Below are positions 49,076 to 62,939 of a DNA stretch of 64,000 bases, in pieces. Position 1 is the first letter of the stretch, and each line of letters begins with the position of its first letter. The notes beneath the pieces are model-generated. The model saw nothing but the letters and a program-made list of their open reading frames with translations. It did not search any database and was not told where the DNA came from. The DNA is from Octopus sinensis (Eukaryota). The stretch covers positions 4,636 to 68,635 of the forward strand of contig NW_021835982.1 in assembly GCF_006345805.1 (NCBI RefSeq), in the 5' to 3' direction. The translations under genes were made by a program, and so were the position numbers.

Positions 49076-52000
49076 TCATAGAATCATAGTCAAGGTGGCT
49101 TCGTCATTCATACGTGCCATCCTTGCTACATTCACCCATCTTTTTTTAAAACATTCACTAGACAAAACTTGCCTCTCTACTCTCACTTTTTTTCTTCAAG
49201 TGATACTTGAAGAAGTTGATGAGAGATTGACCAGAGAGGAAAGTGTTTGTCTCTAACCTTTCAGACGCGTCCACCAGATACATTATTTCGCCATAGCCAC
49301 AAGTATGATAAAAATAGCTCTTCCTTCCCGTTTGAAGGAAGGAGGCGTGACGATATTAACGATAGACTCGGCTGATAAACCGACACGTCCCACACGTGAC
49401 AGCAGTCGTTCGACATAAGCCCACAGGTGGGAAATTGCTGGACACTGCACGATTGCGTGCAGAGCGGTTTCGTCGCTCTGCCCGCATCTCGGGCAGGTCG
49501 GCCCCGTGTTTCTCGAGCCATGCCTATAGAGCTTATCCCGAACGGGTAGCGCTTCTCGGTAGCACCGCCAGGCCAGGGATCTCTGGAAGTTGTCCATAGG
49601 TCCCGGGCCGAAAGTCGTTTGAAACAGGCGGGTCAGGTATTCCTCGTCGACGCCCAGGTTTGCCCCGAGCTCGTCGTCGTACCTCCCCTCCACTAATCCC
49701 CTATAGAATGCTTTGGTTGTGTTGAAGTCACTCAAGGTCGAGCCGGGACGGCAGAGTTGCTTGAGAGCAACGCGACACTCGCGGTGCCAATCGCCCTTCT
49801 TCGGCCTCTTTTTGATCCACAACTGTAGTTCGGTCATGGAGACGAGTTGCGGGAATGCGTGCCTCACAAACGGCGACCACACCTGTTCACCGTCGTCTAC
49901 ATAGAGCCGGAGATGTCGCAGTCTCAGCGCGTGTCTGCGCATCATCAACCACGGCATGCCCAGCCCCTCATTTTAACGGGTGTTGACAGCAAATGGATCG
50001 CCTGACCATCGGGACGCATCCTTTCCACAAGAAGCGGACGAGAGGATGCGTTCTAGTTTGGTGATGGTAGGGTCGGGACAAGGTACGACGGTCAGGCGGT
50101 AGTAGATGATGGACGCGATGTGTACGCGTTCACCACCTCCGCCCGACCTTTTAGGGACAGTTTCCTCTCGGCCCATTGCTGGGCGAGAGAGTGACCACCC
50201 TACTCGTTATCTCGTTCCAGTTCTTCTCCATTTGGAGGTCCGGACCGAACCAGACCCCGAGCAACTCAACGGGCCGTCTGTCCAGCGTCCCACGACGGAG
50301 GTACTGGTGGACGGCATGGGCTTGCTTCTCCAGGTGCCGAGCCGCAAGCCCACTGACTTTTCCCGGTTGATTTTTGCTCCTGTCACCGCTTCGTAGTCTT
50401 TCAGTGTCTCGCCGACCCGCTCGATGTGCTCGTGGCTTGACACTATGACGGTGACGTCGTCGCGTATGCAGACACGCTCGTCCCGCACCCTAATTCTCGC
50501 GGGATGCCCCTCAGAGTCGCCAGCTTCCGCAGTAGTGGCTCAAGAGTCAAACGTATAGAAGCGCCGAGAGGGGGCATCCCTGACGGACCGAACGTGCAAT
50601 GTCGAAGGGTCTCGATAGATGTCCATTTACGCGAATTACCGAACGGATGCCTCTGTACAAGGCAGCTATCCAGCCGCGGAAGACGGGCCCGAAACCAGCC
50701 GCTCTCAGGACTGCCTCCAAGTATCGATGGTCTACCCTATCAAAGGCTTTCGATTGATCCAAGTTGATCAGGGCCCCACCCATGCCAGGTTCGTTAACTA
50801 CCCTGTCTATGATGTAGCGCATCAGATGGAGGTTGTCATGGATGCTCCGGCCCGGCACGGCGCACGTTTGTGCGTTGTCGACCAGTTTCTCCATGACAAG
50901 CGCCAACCTCTTGGCTAACACCTTTGTCGAAATTTTCAGGTCTGCATTGAGCAGAGTGATTGGCCTAAAGTTATCTATAATGTTTCCCTTGTTTGGATCT
51001 TTCTTCAGCAGAGTTACAGCTCCTCGACTCACAAAACCGGGTATGCTCCCGTTTTGCTGCCAGTTGCAGTATACCGCTGCCAAGACGTCTCAAACAAGTC
51101 TGGCATACAATAGTAAAATTCGTAGGGTAGACCATCCAAACCCGGTGATTTGTCCCTCGAGCATTCTGCCATCGCTTCCCGACTTCCGCCGCCGTGATGG
51201 CACCTTCGCAGCACCCTGCCTTTCTTGTCGAGAGTCGTGGCAGGCTATGTAGGTAGGCACTGAAGTCTACCCTACGTTCTTGCCCTCCACTCGTCCCGAA
51301 CAGTCGGGCAAAATGCTGCTGAAAGGCCTCACACATTTTACTTGGCTCGAGCAATTCGCCCCCTGTTCATCTACCAGTGACCGAATGGTGGCTTTGTTGC
51401 CCTGTTGCACCTCTGCACCCGGGCCTCTCTCGCGGCTCCAACACCTTCGTTCCTTAGAGCACGCATCCTAGCTCTGACAGCACATCCTTCGTGTTTGGCG
51501 TTGAAGTGTTGGTCGAGGGCCAACCTCGCCGCCAAAACGTCGGATGCGATGCCGCTTCTAATTGCCTCTTCTAGCTTCTTAACTAGCTCACCCTCTACTC
51601 TATTTCTATCTATGGCTAGTGCTTTGCTGTACCTAATCGCTTCTGCTTTTACTGCTCTCTTGAGGGCAAAACACCATTTGTTGTTGATGATGGCTCCCGT
51701 CAAAGCCCTCTTTACTAGTGTGCTAATCCGGTCTCTGAAAACTTGTCTGGACGGGAATGATGCGTTCAGTTTCCAGTTCCCAGGACCCTGTCTATGTGCC
51801 TTATCTAAGTCTAGCGTACACGTCACCAATTTGTGATCCGTGTAGCTGACTGTGTGGAATTGTGGACATCCTAAGTTATCTTGTCTACTGTCCTACACAG
51901 TATCCTATCTAGATACGATCTCGACGACCCACTGCGGTTGCTCCATGTCCACGTTGGTGCATTTGGGTGGTTAGTCGGTACCTGTCAGACAGTTGGAATC

Positions 52001-52511
52001 GTCTGAGCAGGTCTCTGAGGCATTTGCATCCCCTTCTGTTTCTGTCTCTACCCACGTAGTCTACATGCGTGTCCAAGGTAGCATTCCAATCCCCCACTAA
52101 GAGTAAAGGACGAGACGTTCCCAAGAATACTTCTAGACGTCGAAAGAAATCCGCCCGACCTGTTAAGGGCGGTGCGTAGACTGATACGAGTCGAAAAGCG
52201 CACCCATTGCTGCCGTCAACATCCAGAACGATCAGTCTACCCTCCGGGTCTACGAATATCGTCTTGACTTCGAGATCCAGGCTCTTGTGAAAAAGTACCG
52301 CGGTGCCACTACCGCCCATCCTCGGCAGACAGGGAGCGAAATAAATGTTAAACTGTCCGCCAAACATGACTTTAGGGCCCGTGGCTCGTGGAGTCTGGTC
52401 TCACTTATGGCTATGATTCCCAAATCAGGTGGACTTGATGTCATTTAGGAGGTATCCTTGTTTCCAAGGAGACCCCAAGCCACGCGCATTCACACAACCA
52501 ATCTTGACCAT
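49076..52511 (-). pseudogene. LINE ORF2 (APE endonuclease, reverse transcriptase, CCHC), disrupted by frameshifts
   Basis: MVKIGCVNARGLGS..IIAISETR, LLVGDWNA, NFRPITLLNADLKI, DQSKAFDRVDH, VRQGCPLSALLY, a damaged YADDVTV, CPRCGQSDETALHAIVQC, and a stop at 49076-49078. Confidence 0.9.
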
Positions 52512-52559
52512 GATTCTATTGGGGTGTGTGCTTTAAAACACACAAATGAAAGTACAGAG

Positions 52560-54655
52560 AGTTACTTACTGGTGTCGAAAGTTTTGGCTTCCTCGTTCTT
52601 TGATGCGTCTTCGAGGAGGTTTCTATATAGTTTTTGGGACAGATATTTCTGGAAACCCCTACAGCATTTGGGAAGAGGGCTTTGAGTTTGTGGTGTTGTG
52701 TTTGTGATGTGTAGTATTTTGATGTGTTTGGGTGGTGTAGTGCGTGGATGATTGCTATTTTTAAAGTCATCTTCACAAATGTTTGTGTATCCTGTGATGT
52801 ACTCCATTAGTTTGGAGTCTTTTGTGTCTATCGCTGATAGCATTGTTTTTGTGGTGTTGGTGCTTGTTTTGTTGTGTATGGAGTTTTCAGGGTTCAGGTA
52901 TCTCCCTGCTTTGGTTGCGATTTCTTGTTTGGTTTTTCTTGATCTTTTTCTTTTACCCCCTGTGGCTATTTGCCATTCTGTCGAACTTTCATCGTTAGAT
53001 GAAAAGTCTGACGAATCAGCAGGGGGCAAGGGTAAAGCGTCTGGGTGTTTTGTGCGGTTGTAGATATTGTTGTGGTGCGCGGGGAGGGTGTTGCTGGGGT
53101 TTGTTGTGGTTATTGTCTCTCCTACATCCTTGGTGCTTGTCTTCTTCGTTGTTATTCTTGTGTTGGAATTGGTTTATTTTGTTGGTGGTGATGATTCTGT
53201 TCTTGGCGCTGGTGTTGGTGTTGTTTGGTTGGGTTGGCTTGTTCTTTGTTGTTTTTTTCCTGCATTTCCGCATACAGCTTCTTGACTAGCTGTCCATATT
53301 GTGGTGTGGGCAATAATCCTGGCTTTTGTGATTTTTCCTGTGGCTGTTGTTGTTGTTGTAATTTTGCGGCAGATTTGCACTCCTTTTTGAGATGTGCCTC
53401 ACTGCCCATTTAAGCATCGTGGCCTTCTGCCCTCGACTACTACGTATAACTTGCGGCCATCCTCAAGATGTACGTGGGTGGGGATTTTATTTATGTCCTC
53501 TTGACTTATGTGGAAGAGGAACTCTATTCTCTTTCCCAGCCAGTCCTTGTTTTCCGAAACACCGATATCTAGGATGTTTATGTCCTCCATTTCGGATGTT
53601 AAGGCGGATGTAATCCACAGTGTTGTAGTCACTTGGGGACACCACTGATAATGACTTTCGTCACCTTCTGGCCGAAGTAACTCGGTGTCAACGTTAGTTC
53701 ATCAGAATGAAGTGTTATCGTTGAGAATTTCTTCGCCAACTCTTCATTCTGAAAAACCACCTGTACGTGTGCGAACTTGTTCGCCCAAGTCCACAATCCT
53801 TGTATCCCCAGATGGGGCGTAAGCACTTTTCGACTTTGTCTGTGCTTGCCTTTTCTGGACTTTTTGTTTTTTTATTTGTGATTTTATATACAATTGTCTT
53901 TTTTTCTCCTCATTCAGTATGTGCTGAGGTATGTGTAAGAGTATTTTTCCGTTTTGATTTGTAATAAGTTTCTGCAATCTTTAATCTGTTGTGTAGTAAA
54001 CGAAACTTTTGTTACCTTTTCTTTATCGCCTCGGCGAAGTTTTTTGTTGTTTCGTTATTGTTGTTACTGCCGGTGTGTTGGTGTTGATGGCAGGGGTGTG
54101 GGTTGTAGGTTTGTGGTTGCTGATTATGCAACTAGCAAGGGGTGGAAAATTGCCTGCGTAATTTAGTCCTGCATTAGCGCAAATTTCGGCATTTCGTTTG
54201 CTTGTCGTCGTTATTTTTTCACTTGTTGGTGATGGAGTGAGCAGTGGTTGAAGGGAATTGTTGTTGTCGTCGTCGTTTGTTGTTGTTGTTGTTGTTGTTG
54301 TTATTGTCGTTCTTGGTGAGCGGCGGTGGTGTTAGTAGTATTAGTAGCATTGACGGCACGGTCTTTGGTGGCGGTGATGTTGGTATTGTTATTGGTGGCG
54401 ACGTCTTTAGTAGGGATAGCAGTTTTAGTAGCAGATTCTGCCATGGTGTTGTTGTCGGTGTTGGTGGTGGTGGTGGACTCACTGACTGATGTTGACGGTG
54501 CTTGGCCTTGCGACCTTTGTTTTGTATTTGTTGCTGTTGTCGATGTTGATGGTGGCGGAGTTGTCAGGTTCAGCGTAAGGTAACAGAGCATCCTGTTTTT
54601 CTGCCTCTGCGTCACGCTTGACTTGCACCTCAGCCTCGTGGTGACCAGTGGCCAT
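52560..54655 (-). pseudogene. LINE ORF1 (gag-like, low-complexity termini, zinc knuckle), disrupted
   Basis: MATGHHEAEV start, T/N/Q-rich segments, LYVVVEGRRPRCL..GSEAHLKKEC (CX2CX4HX4C across a frameshift) and a basic GGKRKRSRK motif. Confidence 0.75.
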
Positions 54656-54877
54656 TTTGGAAATAAAATGGCTAAATGAAACCACGAAGGCTATGAGAAT
54701 ATTTTCTTTTAAATTTTGCCCACAAGGGGCAAAATTTTGTGTAGATATTTATCAAAGGTTTGCAGTGGATGTTGTTGCACAACTTTTAAACACAAAATAT
54801 TTCACAATAAACAATTTTCAACGTACAAAATGACCAACTTACGTGGAGCCCATTTGACTAGCGTCCGTCCAAGTCGA

Positions 54878-54878
54878 G

Positions 54879-54966
<88 letters not shown>

Positions 54967-55021
54967 GGATAGATAGATAGACAGATGGATAGATAGACGG
55001 AAAGAAAGAAAGAAAGAAAAA

Positions 55022-55050
<29 letters not shown>
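54878..55050. repeat. (GATA)n then (GAAA)n microsatellite at the LINE 5' junction
   Basis: Direct reading of the sequence. Confidence 0.95.
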
Positions 55051-55053
<3 letters not shown>

Positions 55054-55252
55054 AAACCTCATACCTAATTACCTTGCAGAATTACCGCGTTACTTTCATT
55101 GAGCAGAACTCTCAAAAGGACTGGTGATGAATAAAAGCACTCGAAATAATATCAGTGAGACGAGAGTCGTCTGTTACGGCTACTGAAATTGCCAGATCAC
55201 GTAATTTCACCATCGCATGGATTCGTCAGTGACAGATGTGTTCGAAATTTAT

Positions 55253-55624
55253 TGGTGGGGGGCGGCAATCGATTAGATCGACCCCAGTACGCAACTGGTA
55301 CTTAATTTATGGAACCTGAAAGGATGAAAGAAAAAGCCGGCCTCTGCGGAATTTGAACTCAGAACGTTAAGACAGACGAAATACCAATTTCTTTACTACC
55401 CACAATTTCTTTACTACACACAGAGAGGACAAACAAGGACAGGCAAACGAATTAAGTCGATTATATCGACTCCAGTGCGTAACTGGTACTTATTTAATCG
55501 ACCCCCGCATGGATGAAAGGCAAAGTTGACCTCGGTGGAATTTGAACTCAGAACGTAGCGGCAGACGAAATACTGCTAAGCATTTCGCCCGGCGCGTTGA
55601 TGTTCCTGACAGCTTGCCGTCTTA
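55253..55624 (-). mobile_element. SINE family C, head plus two bodies
   Basis: Internal junction GAAATACC|AATTTCTTTACTACCC at 55385/6. Confidence 0.8.
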
Positions 55625-55791
55625 CTCAACCTCATACATATGCACACGCCAAATGTGACATTGTTATTTAACGGAGCTTTGTATTATACAAGATTTCTCA
55701 GAAGAGAATATGGATTTGTACATACATACATGCATACATACATACAAATATACATACATACATACATACATACATACATACATACATACAT

Positions 55792-56178
55792 GTGGAGGCT
55801 CAATGGCCCAGTGGTTAGGGCAGCGGACTCGCGGTCATAGGATCGCGGTTTCGATTCCCAGACCGGGCGTTGTGAGTGTTTATTAAGCGAAAAGACCTAA
55901 AGCTCCACGAGGCCCCGGCAGCTGGGGTGGTGGCGAATCCTGCTGTATTCTTTCACCACAACTTTCTCCAACTATTACTTCCTGTTTCCGTTGTACCTGT
56001 ACTTCAAAGGGCCGGCCTTGTCACTCTCTGTGTCACGCTGAATATCCCCGAGAACTACGTTAAGGGTACACGTGTCTGTGGAGTGCTCAGCCACTTACAC
56101 GTTAATTTCACGAGCAGGCTGTTCCGTTTATTCGGATCAACCGGAACCCTCGTCGTCGTAACCGACGGAGTGCTTCCA
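55792..56178 (+). mobile_element. SINE family B, full copy inserted in (CATA)n
   Basis: Near-identical to 38539-38927, with (CATA)n on both sides. Confidence 0.9.
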
Positions 56179-57593
56179 CATACATACATACATACATAGC
56201 TGTCTGGAGCAAATTATGGCTGAACTGGTAAGATAAGGTAATTCCTTGATTCATACACTACAAACGATTACAGTAACCGAAACTATGAAAATCTCGAAGA
56301 CCTTGTTAAGACTTAACGGATGATGAACATAACAAAATACTTTCGTTCACAACCTTGCTACTAATTAAGTGGCCGGTCAAAATGTATTCTAAATTTAAAA
56401 GATAAAGAGAAAATATATACAAACGCTCATACATGCAAAAATGCATAACATACATACATACATACATACATACATACATACATACATACATACATACAAC
56501 ATACATACATACATACAAACATACATACACTATTCCTAGAGAATTTCATCAGATTTATTTTCAGAATAATATTCATAGCCCTATCTAATGAATCAGAACA
56601 AAAGATTACTATTAATACTAACTTATACGTTGTCATTTTTTAGATTTTACCATAAATTCAGATATCAAAATATTTTATCTATTAAGAAACCAAACAAGAA
56701 TGTGGAGCGCGTAAATATAGCTTCTAGTAATCCTCCTGTTATTACAGATAATTTAGTTAGCAGTATTAATATATACTTATCCAGAATTTCATCTTATATT
56801 TCTTTAAAAACAGTTCCTAATAATAATTTAACGTTTATGCACGATTGCTTTCACGATAAGATTAATTCCATAAATATTAATAATAACAAGTATGCTTTTG
56901 TAATTATGGCACAAGGCCAACGACTTTAGTGAGGGTGAGTGTAAGTCGATTAAATGAAACACAGTACTTGATTGGTACTCTAATTTATCGAGTCCGAAAA
57001 GATGAAAGGCAAAGTCAAATTTGAATTCAGGCCGTAGAACCGGAAAAGATGCTTATAAGCCTTTTGTCCAACGCATTAACAACTCTGCCTGGCAATATAA
57101 GCACAGTACCTCATATTGTTTTGTTTTTTGGGGCGGGTGGTGCTGTGAGACTGGCTGGCTGGGTAAAGGAATTAGTTTTATTTCATGGACCTCAGTACTC
57201 AAAAGATACTTAATTTATCGACTCATGAATAGATGAAAGGCAAAGTTGACCTCGGCAAAGATTTGACTTAAAACATTGGAAAAAGTGTATCTAATCATTT
57301 TGTCCAGCGTATTAAGAATTCTGTCAGCTAATCGTTTAAATTCGTTTTTCAATAGGCACGAAACCTGAAATTTTTGTGGGAAGGGATTAGTCGATTATTT
57401 CGACGCCAGCTTTTAACTGGTACTTATTTCATCCACCACGAAAGAATAAACAGCAAAAGCGACCTCACGAGAAATTGAACGCAGAATATAGAGCCAGAAG
57501 AGATGTCGCTAAGTATCTTATCCGGCGTGCTAACGACTCTGCTATCTCACCGACTTAGTAATAATAATTATATATATTTTTTTTTTCAGAGGC

Positions 57594-57990
57594 AAAGCGG
57601 TGAGTTGGTGGTATCATTAGCACACCAGACAAAGTGCTTAACGGTATTTCGTCTTTAAGTTCTGAGTTCAAATTCCGCCGAGGTCAACTTTGCCTTTCAT
57701 CATTCGGGGTCGATAAATTAAGTACCAGTTACGCACTGGGGTTGATGTAATCGACTTAATCCGTTCGTCTGTCCTTGTTTGTCCCCTCTGTGTTTAGCCC
57801 CTTGTGGGTAGTAAAGAAATAGGTATTTCGTCTTTAAGTTCTGAGTTCAAATTCCGCCGAGGTCAACTTTGCCTTTCATCATTCGGGGTCGATAAAATAA
57901 GTACTAGTTGGGAACTAAGGCCGATGTAATCAACTATACCTCTCCCCCAAAATTCCACGCCTTGTGCCAACAGTAGAAAGGGTTATTTTA
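57594..57990 (+). mobile_element. SINE family C, head plus two bodies
   Basis: Junction AAAGAAATA|GGTATTTCG at 57821/2. The last body carries the alternative tail. Confidence 0.82.
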
Positions 57991-58553
57991 TACAGAGGCA
58001 AATATAAAACGCAGAGCGATATGATACAATCTCCCATTTAGCAATTCTGTGCGTAAAATATAACTAAAATAGAATGTGCATTACATAATTGCTTAGAAAG
58101 TAAGGTAACAAAATCGTTAGAGCATCGGAAAAATTTGAACCTTGTCCAATCAAGTCCATTCAGCCTTTTTATACATCGCCCAGTGTTGCTTTCCGTTTTT
58201 TCTAAGATCGTAGGCTTTCATTTGAGAGAAACTCGGTCAATATATTTAGCAGACTGAGCGATTTTACAGGGTTACGATAATTGTGTTGGTTGCATGCCTG
58301 GGTGCTTGTTTGGTTGGTTTATTGTATCGTTGCTTGGCTGTTTAGTTGGTTAATTGGTTGTTTAGTTGGCTATTTTGTTTTTCAGTTGGTTATTTGGTAC
58401 GTTTGCTACTCTGTTAGGCTGGTTGCTTGCTTTGTTGCTTGGTTGCTTGACTGCTTGCTTGATTACATCGTTAGTTGGTTGATTGGCTGGTTCGCTGCCT
58501 AATATTTTCGGTGGTTGGTTGGCTAGCTCGTTTGCTTGTTTGGTTAGTTGCCT

Positions 58554-58967
58554 ACTCTTTACTTGTTTCAGTCATTTGACTGCGGCCATGCTGGAGCACC
58601 GCCTTTAGTCGAGCAAATCGACCCCGGGACTTATTCTTTGTAAGCCCAGTACTTATTCTATCGGTCTCTTTTGCCGAACCGCTAAGTAACGGGGACGTAA
58701 ACACACCAGCATCGGTTGTCAAGCAATGCTAGGGGGACAAACACAGACACACAAACATATACACACACACACTTATATATATATATATATATATACATAT
58801 ATACGACAGGCTTCTTTCAGTTTCCGTCTACCAAATCCACTCACAAGGCATTGGTCGGCCCGGGGCTATAGCAGAAGACACTTGCCCAAGGTGCCACGCA
58901 GTGGGACTGAACTCGGAACCATGTGGCTGGTTAGCAAGCTACTTACCACACAGCCACTCCTGCGCCT
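58554..58967 (-). mobile_element. SINE family A, full copy
   Basis: Complete head, microsatellite and tail. Confidence 0.9.
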
Positions 58968-60013
58968 ATTTGTTTGTTTGCTTGCTTGAATACTATCAGT
59001 TTTGTTATTTTATGGTTGCTGTAGTTTAAGCTCTAAATAACCACTGAGTGAGCCAACAGATTCACGATCAAACGCACTCTAGACAAGTGTTTGACATTTC
59101 TTTCGAACTGCTATTTCCAGCATTTCAAACGACCGCTTCGATGTTCTCTCGATGGCTCGTCTAACCCTTTGTTTCAACCTTATCGGGGCATTAGGTACTG
59201 AGAGTTTAGGGAGTAGAAAAAGTTTCCTTAATTCTTATACCATTGCTCATGTCTGCGGTCCGATACGGGTCACTGGTTGTAGTTAGAGCGCAAAATAGCT
59301 GAAAAATATCCCCCTTGCATAATTTCAGCGACATTTTCCGTCCAGTAAATTTGGAAATGGCCTTAAAACCCCAAGACACTTAAATTCTGGTGACAGCCCT
59401 CACTGACACCCCTCATCTCTTACTTCCTCTTTCTATATCTGTGTGTGTGTGTGTGTGTGTGTGTGTCACCTCCTCCTCTCTCTCTTTCTCTCTCTCTTTC
59501 CCCCTCTCTCTCTTTCGCTATATGAATCTATATCCGTATCTCTGCACATAAACGCTTATATGTGTTAGTGCGGATGTTATTACAGATCTGTAAGCAGTTC
59601 TATACGTATATATACTGTATATGTATACATATATGTATACGTATATATGTATACACGTAGTATACACACACATATATATATATATGTATATATGTATATA
59701 TATATATGTATATATATATATATGCTTATACCTATTAGTAAATGTATGTATAAACGCCTGTTTGTTTACATAAGAATGCGTCTGTGCATATCTGCTTAGA
59801 TGTGTATGCGTATATGTATGATATGTATCTATACGCAAACAATTGCACACACGCACACACACACACACACACATACGCAAAAACACAAACACAAACGCAC
59901 ACACGGTCGCGCGCGTATGTTGAAGCATATACCCATATCTAACACTTATTAACCAGGCTTGTTGGCCATCATTCGCGGCAAAGATTTTAAAATCAACGCT
60001 TATGCCTGTATGT

Positions 60014-60080
<67 letters not shown>

Positions 60081-60114
60081 TGTATGTATGTATGTATGTA
60101 TGTATGTATGTATG

Positions 60115-60157
<43 letters not shown>

Positions 60158-61118
60158 TATATATATATCTGTATCTGTATCTCTGTATGCATGTATGTGT
60201 GTCTATGTATGTACGTACTAATGGACGTATACACACTACAATAATAATCGCATGCATACATATATAGACACACGCACACTTGTTAATACACTCGAACATG
60301 CACACGCAGACAGACATTGTTACACACACACACACAAATGCAGGCAGGCAGGCACATTTCTACATTAATAATAATAATAATAATCATAAATAACACTAAC
60401 AACCACAACAATATTCATAACAATAATAATGAACTTAGGTCTATGTATCTATTTATCTGTCTAGTAATATAATATATATATATATATACACATACATACA
60501 TATATTTATATACGTACAACACTCATACATACATGTATGAATGTATGCGTGTATATACTGCATATATATATACATATATATATACACGTATATGCATACA
60601 GGCACACACGCAACCACAAACAGGCACACACACACATATAATATATATATATATATACAAACATACAAACATACATATATACATACGTGCATGCATATAT
60701 ACATACATACATACAAAGAACTATACTTACATACACACATACATGCCTACCTACCAACCTTCATATATACATCCATCCATCCATACATACATACATCCAT
60801 ACATCCAACTATACATACATCCATCCATCAATACATACATACATGCATATGCATGTGTATACGCGCAATATCTTCATGGAGGTTTTCAGCTGCAAAAATA
60901 CTTACACGTCAGATTGTTTAGTGTTGACTTTGAAGCCTCCTTCAGCTCTCTCCTGTAACCGCCGATGGGGGGTCTTCTGAGATGACTCGGGTAGCCCTTA
61001 TTAGTTCGAAAAACAGGGCAGCTGTTTCAATAGTGATGGCGGTATGGGATGGGACGGTTTCAATTCTAATTATTTATATATTTATTTGTCTACTCGTTTC
61101 TAAGTTTACTACTACAAC

Positions 61119-61175
<57 letters not shown>

Positions 61176-61181
61176 CTTCAC

Positions 61182-61212
<31 letters not shown>

Positions 61213-61515
61213 GTTGTCTATGTTTCCCATTCATCCTTCCGGAATCGATAAAGCAAGCACCGACCAAATACGAGGGTCAGACTGAATCTATAGAAAATGC
61301 CCCCTGCCCGACCTCTTTCCTATGTTGTCATTTTGTGCTAACGCAACATGTCGTAGAATTATGGTGGCGCAGAAAATATAAAACTTCATTACGTTATATA
61401 GGTTTCTAGTGCTTCACGATCAAATTTCAAATCCCTACTAAGGTCGAATTATTTTTTTAATGTTTCTTTAGGGTACAAAAAAAAATACCACTTGTATTCT
61501 GAATTTAATTTAACC

Positions 61516-62113
61516 TATTTCTTTACTACCCACAAGGGGCTAAACACAGAGAGGACAAACAAGGACAGACATAGGTATTAAGTCGATTACATCGACCCCA
61601 GTGCGTAACTGGTACTTAATTTATCGACCCCGAAAGGATGAAAGGCAAAGTCGACCTCGGCGGAATTTGAACTCACAACGTAACGGCAGACGAAATACCT
61701 ATTTCTTTATTACCCACAAGGGGCTAAACACAGAGGGGACAAACAAGGACAGACATAGGTATTAAGTCGATTACATCGACCCCAATGCGTAACTGGTACT
61801 TATTTATCGACCCCGAAAGGATGAAAGGCAAAGTCGACCTCGGCGGAATTTGAACTCACAACGTAACGGCAGACGAAATACCTATTTCTTTATTACCCAC
61901 AAGGGGCTAAACACAGAGGGGACAAACAAGGACAGACATAGGTATTAAGTCGATTACATCGACCCCAATGCGTAACTGGTACTTAATTTATCGACCCCGA
62001 AAGGATGAAAGGCAAAGTCGACCTCGGCGGAATTTGAACTCAGAACGTAACGGCAGACGAAATACCGCTAAGCATTTCTCCCGGCGCGCTAACGTTTCTG
62101 CCAGCTCGTCGCC
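61516..62113 (-). mobile_element. SINE family C, head plus three near-identical bodies, within a 17-19-bp TSD
   Basis: Units are 61516-61699, 61700-61882 and 61883-62066, with the head at 62067-62113. TTCTGAATTTAATTTAACC occurs at 61497-61515 and 62114-62132. Confidence 0.9.
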
Positions 62114-62523
62114 TTCTGAATTTAATTTAACCGTGTATTAATCATGCCCGAAAATGTATGGTTCTCTACTGTCGTAAGAAATTAAGTTTTATAAAAACAA
62201 TAATAGCGATGGAATGGTAGAATCGTTAGAGCTTCGGAGAAAGGATTTCTACTAAGTTCAAATCACGACCGTGTCGACTTTACTTTTCTTTTTCTTCTTT
62301 CTGAATTCGATAAAGTACCAGTTATATACTAGTATCGATTTAATCGACAGCTAGTCGATATCATTGCCCACCCCGCTCTGCTTGATAGGTATTTTATGTA
62401 CTGTATCTAGAAAAGAATCAATGTCAAGTTTGACCCCAGCAGGAACTAAACTCATCACGTTAAAAACCCAGAAAGAATATAGTAAGGCAATTTGTCCGAT
62501 ATTCTAACATCTTAATGATATTT

Positions 62524-62912
62524 GTGGAAGCACTCCGTCGGTTACGACGACGAGGGTTCCGGTTGATCCGAATCAATGGAACAGCCTGCTCGTGAAATTA
62601 ACGTGTAAGTGGCTGAGCACTCCACAGACACGTGTACCCTTAACGTAGTTCTCGGGGATATTCAGCGTGACACAGAGAGTGACAAGGCCGGCGCTTTGAA
62701 ATACAGATACAACAGAAACAGGAAGTAAGAGTGAGAGAAAGTTGTGGTGAAAGAGTACAGCAGGGATCACCACCATCCCCTGCCGGAGCCTCGTGGAGCT
62801 TTCTTGGTGTTTTCGCTCAATAAACACTCACAACGCCCGGTCTGGGAATCGAAACCGCGATCCTATGACCGCGAGTCCGCTGCCCTAACCACTGGGCCAT
62901 TGCGCCTCCACG
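62524..62912 (-). mobile_element. SINE family B, full copy with 12-bp TSD
   Basis: TTAATGATATTT occurs at 62512-62523 and 62913-62924. Confidence 0.92.
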
Positions 62913-62939
62913 TTAATGATATTTACACAAGAACATAAA

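Larger units (their letters stand above)
48678..54876 (-). mobile_element. Near full-length L1/Tx1-clade non-LTR retrotransposon (~6.2 kb, two ORFs, frameshifted)
   Basis: ORF1 has a CCHC knuckle, ORF2 has APE, RT and a C-terminal zinc knuckle, and the 3' end is AATAAAGAAACA. (TCTA)n lies at both ends. Confidence 0.92.

Noticed and set aside
61516-62113. Regularly spaced ~183-bp repeats as a CRISPR or satellite array
   Set aside because: No unique spacers, eukaryotic context, and the units are bodies of a tRNA-derived SINE.
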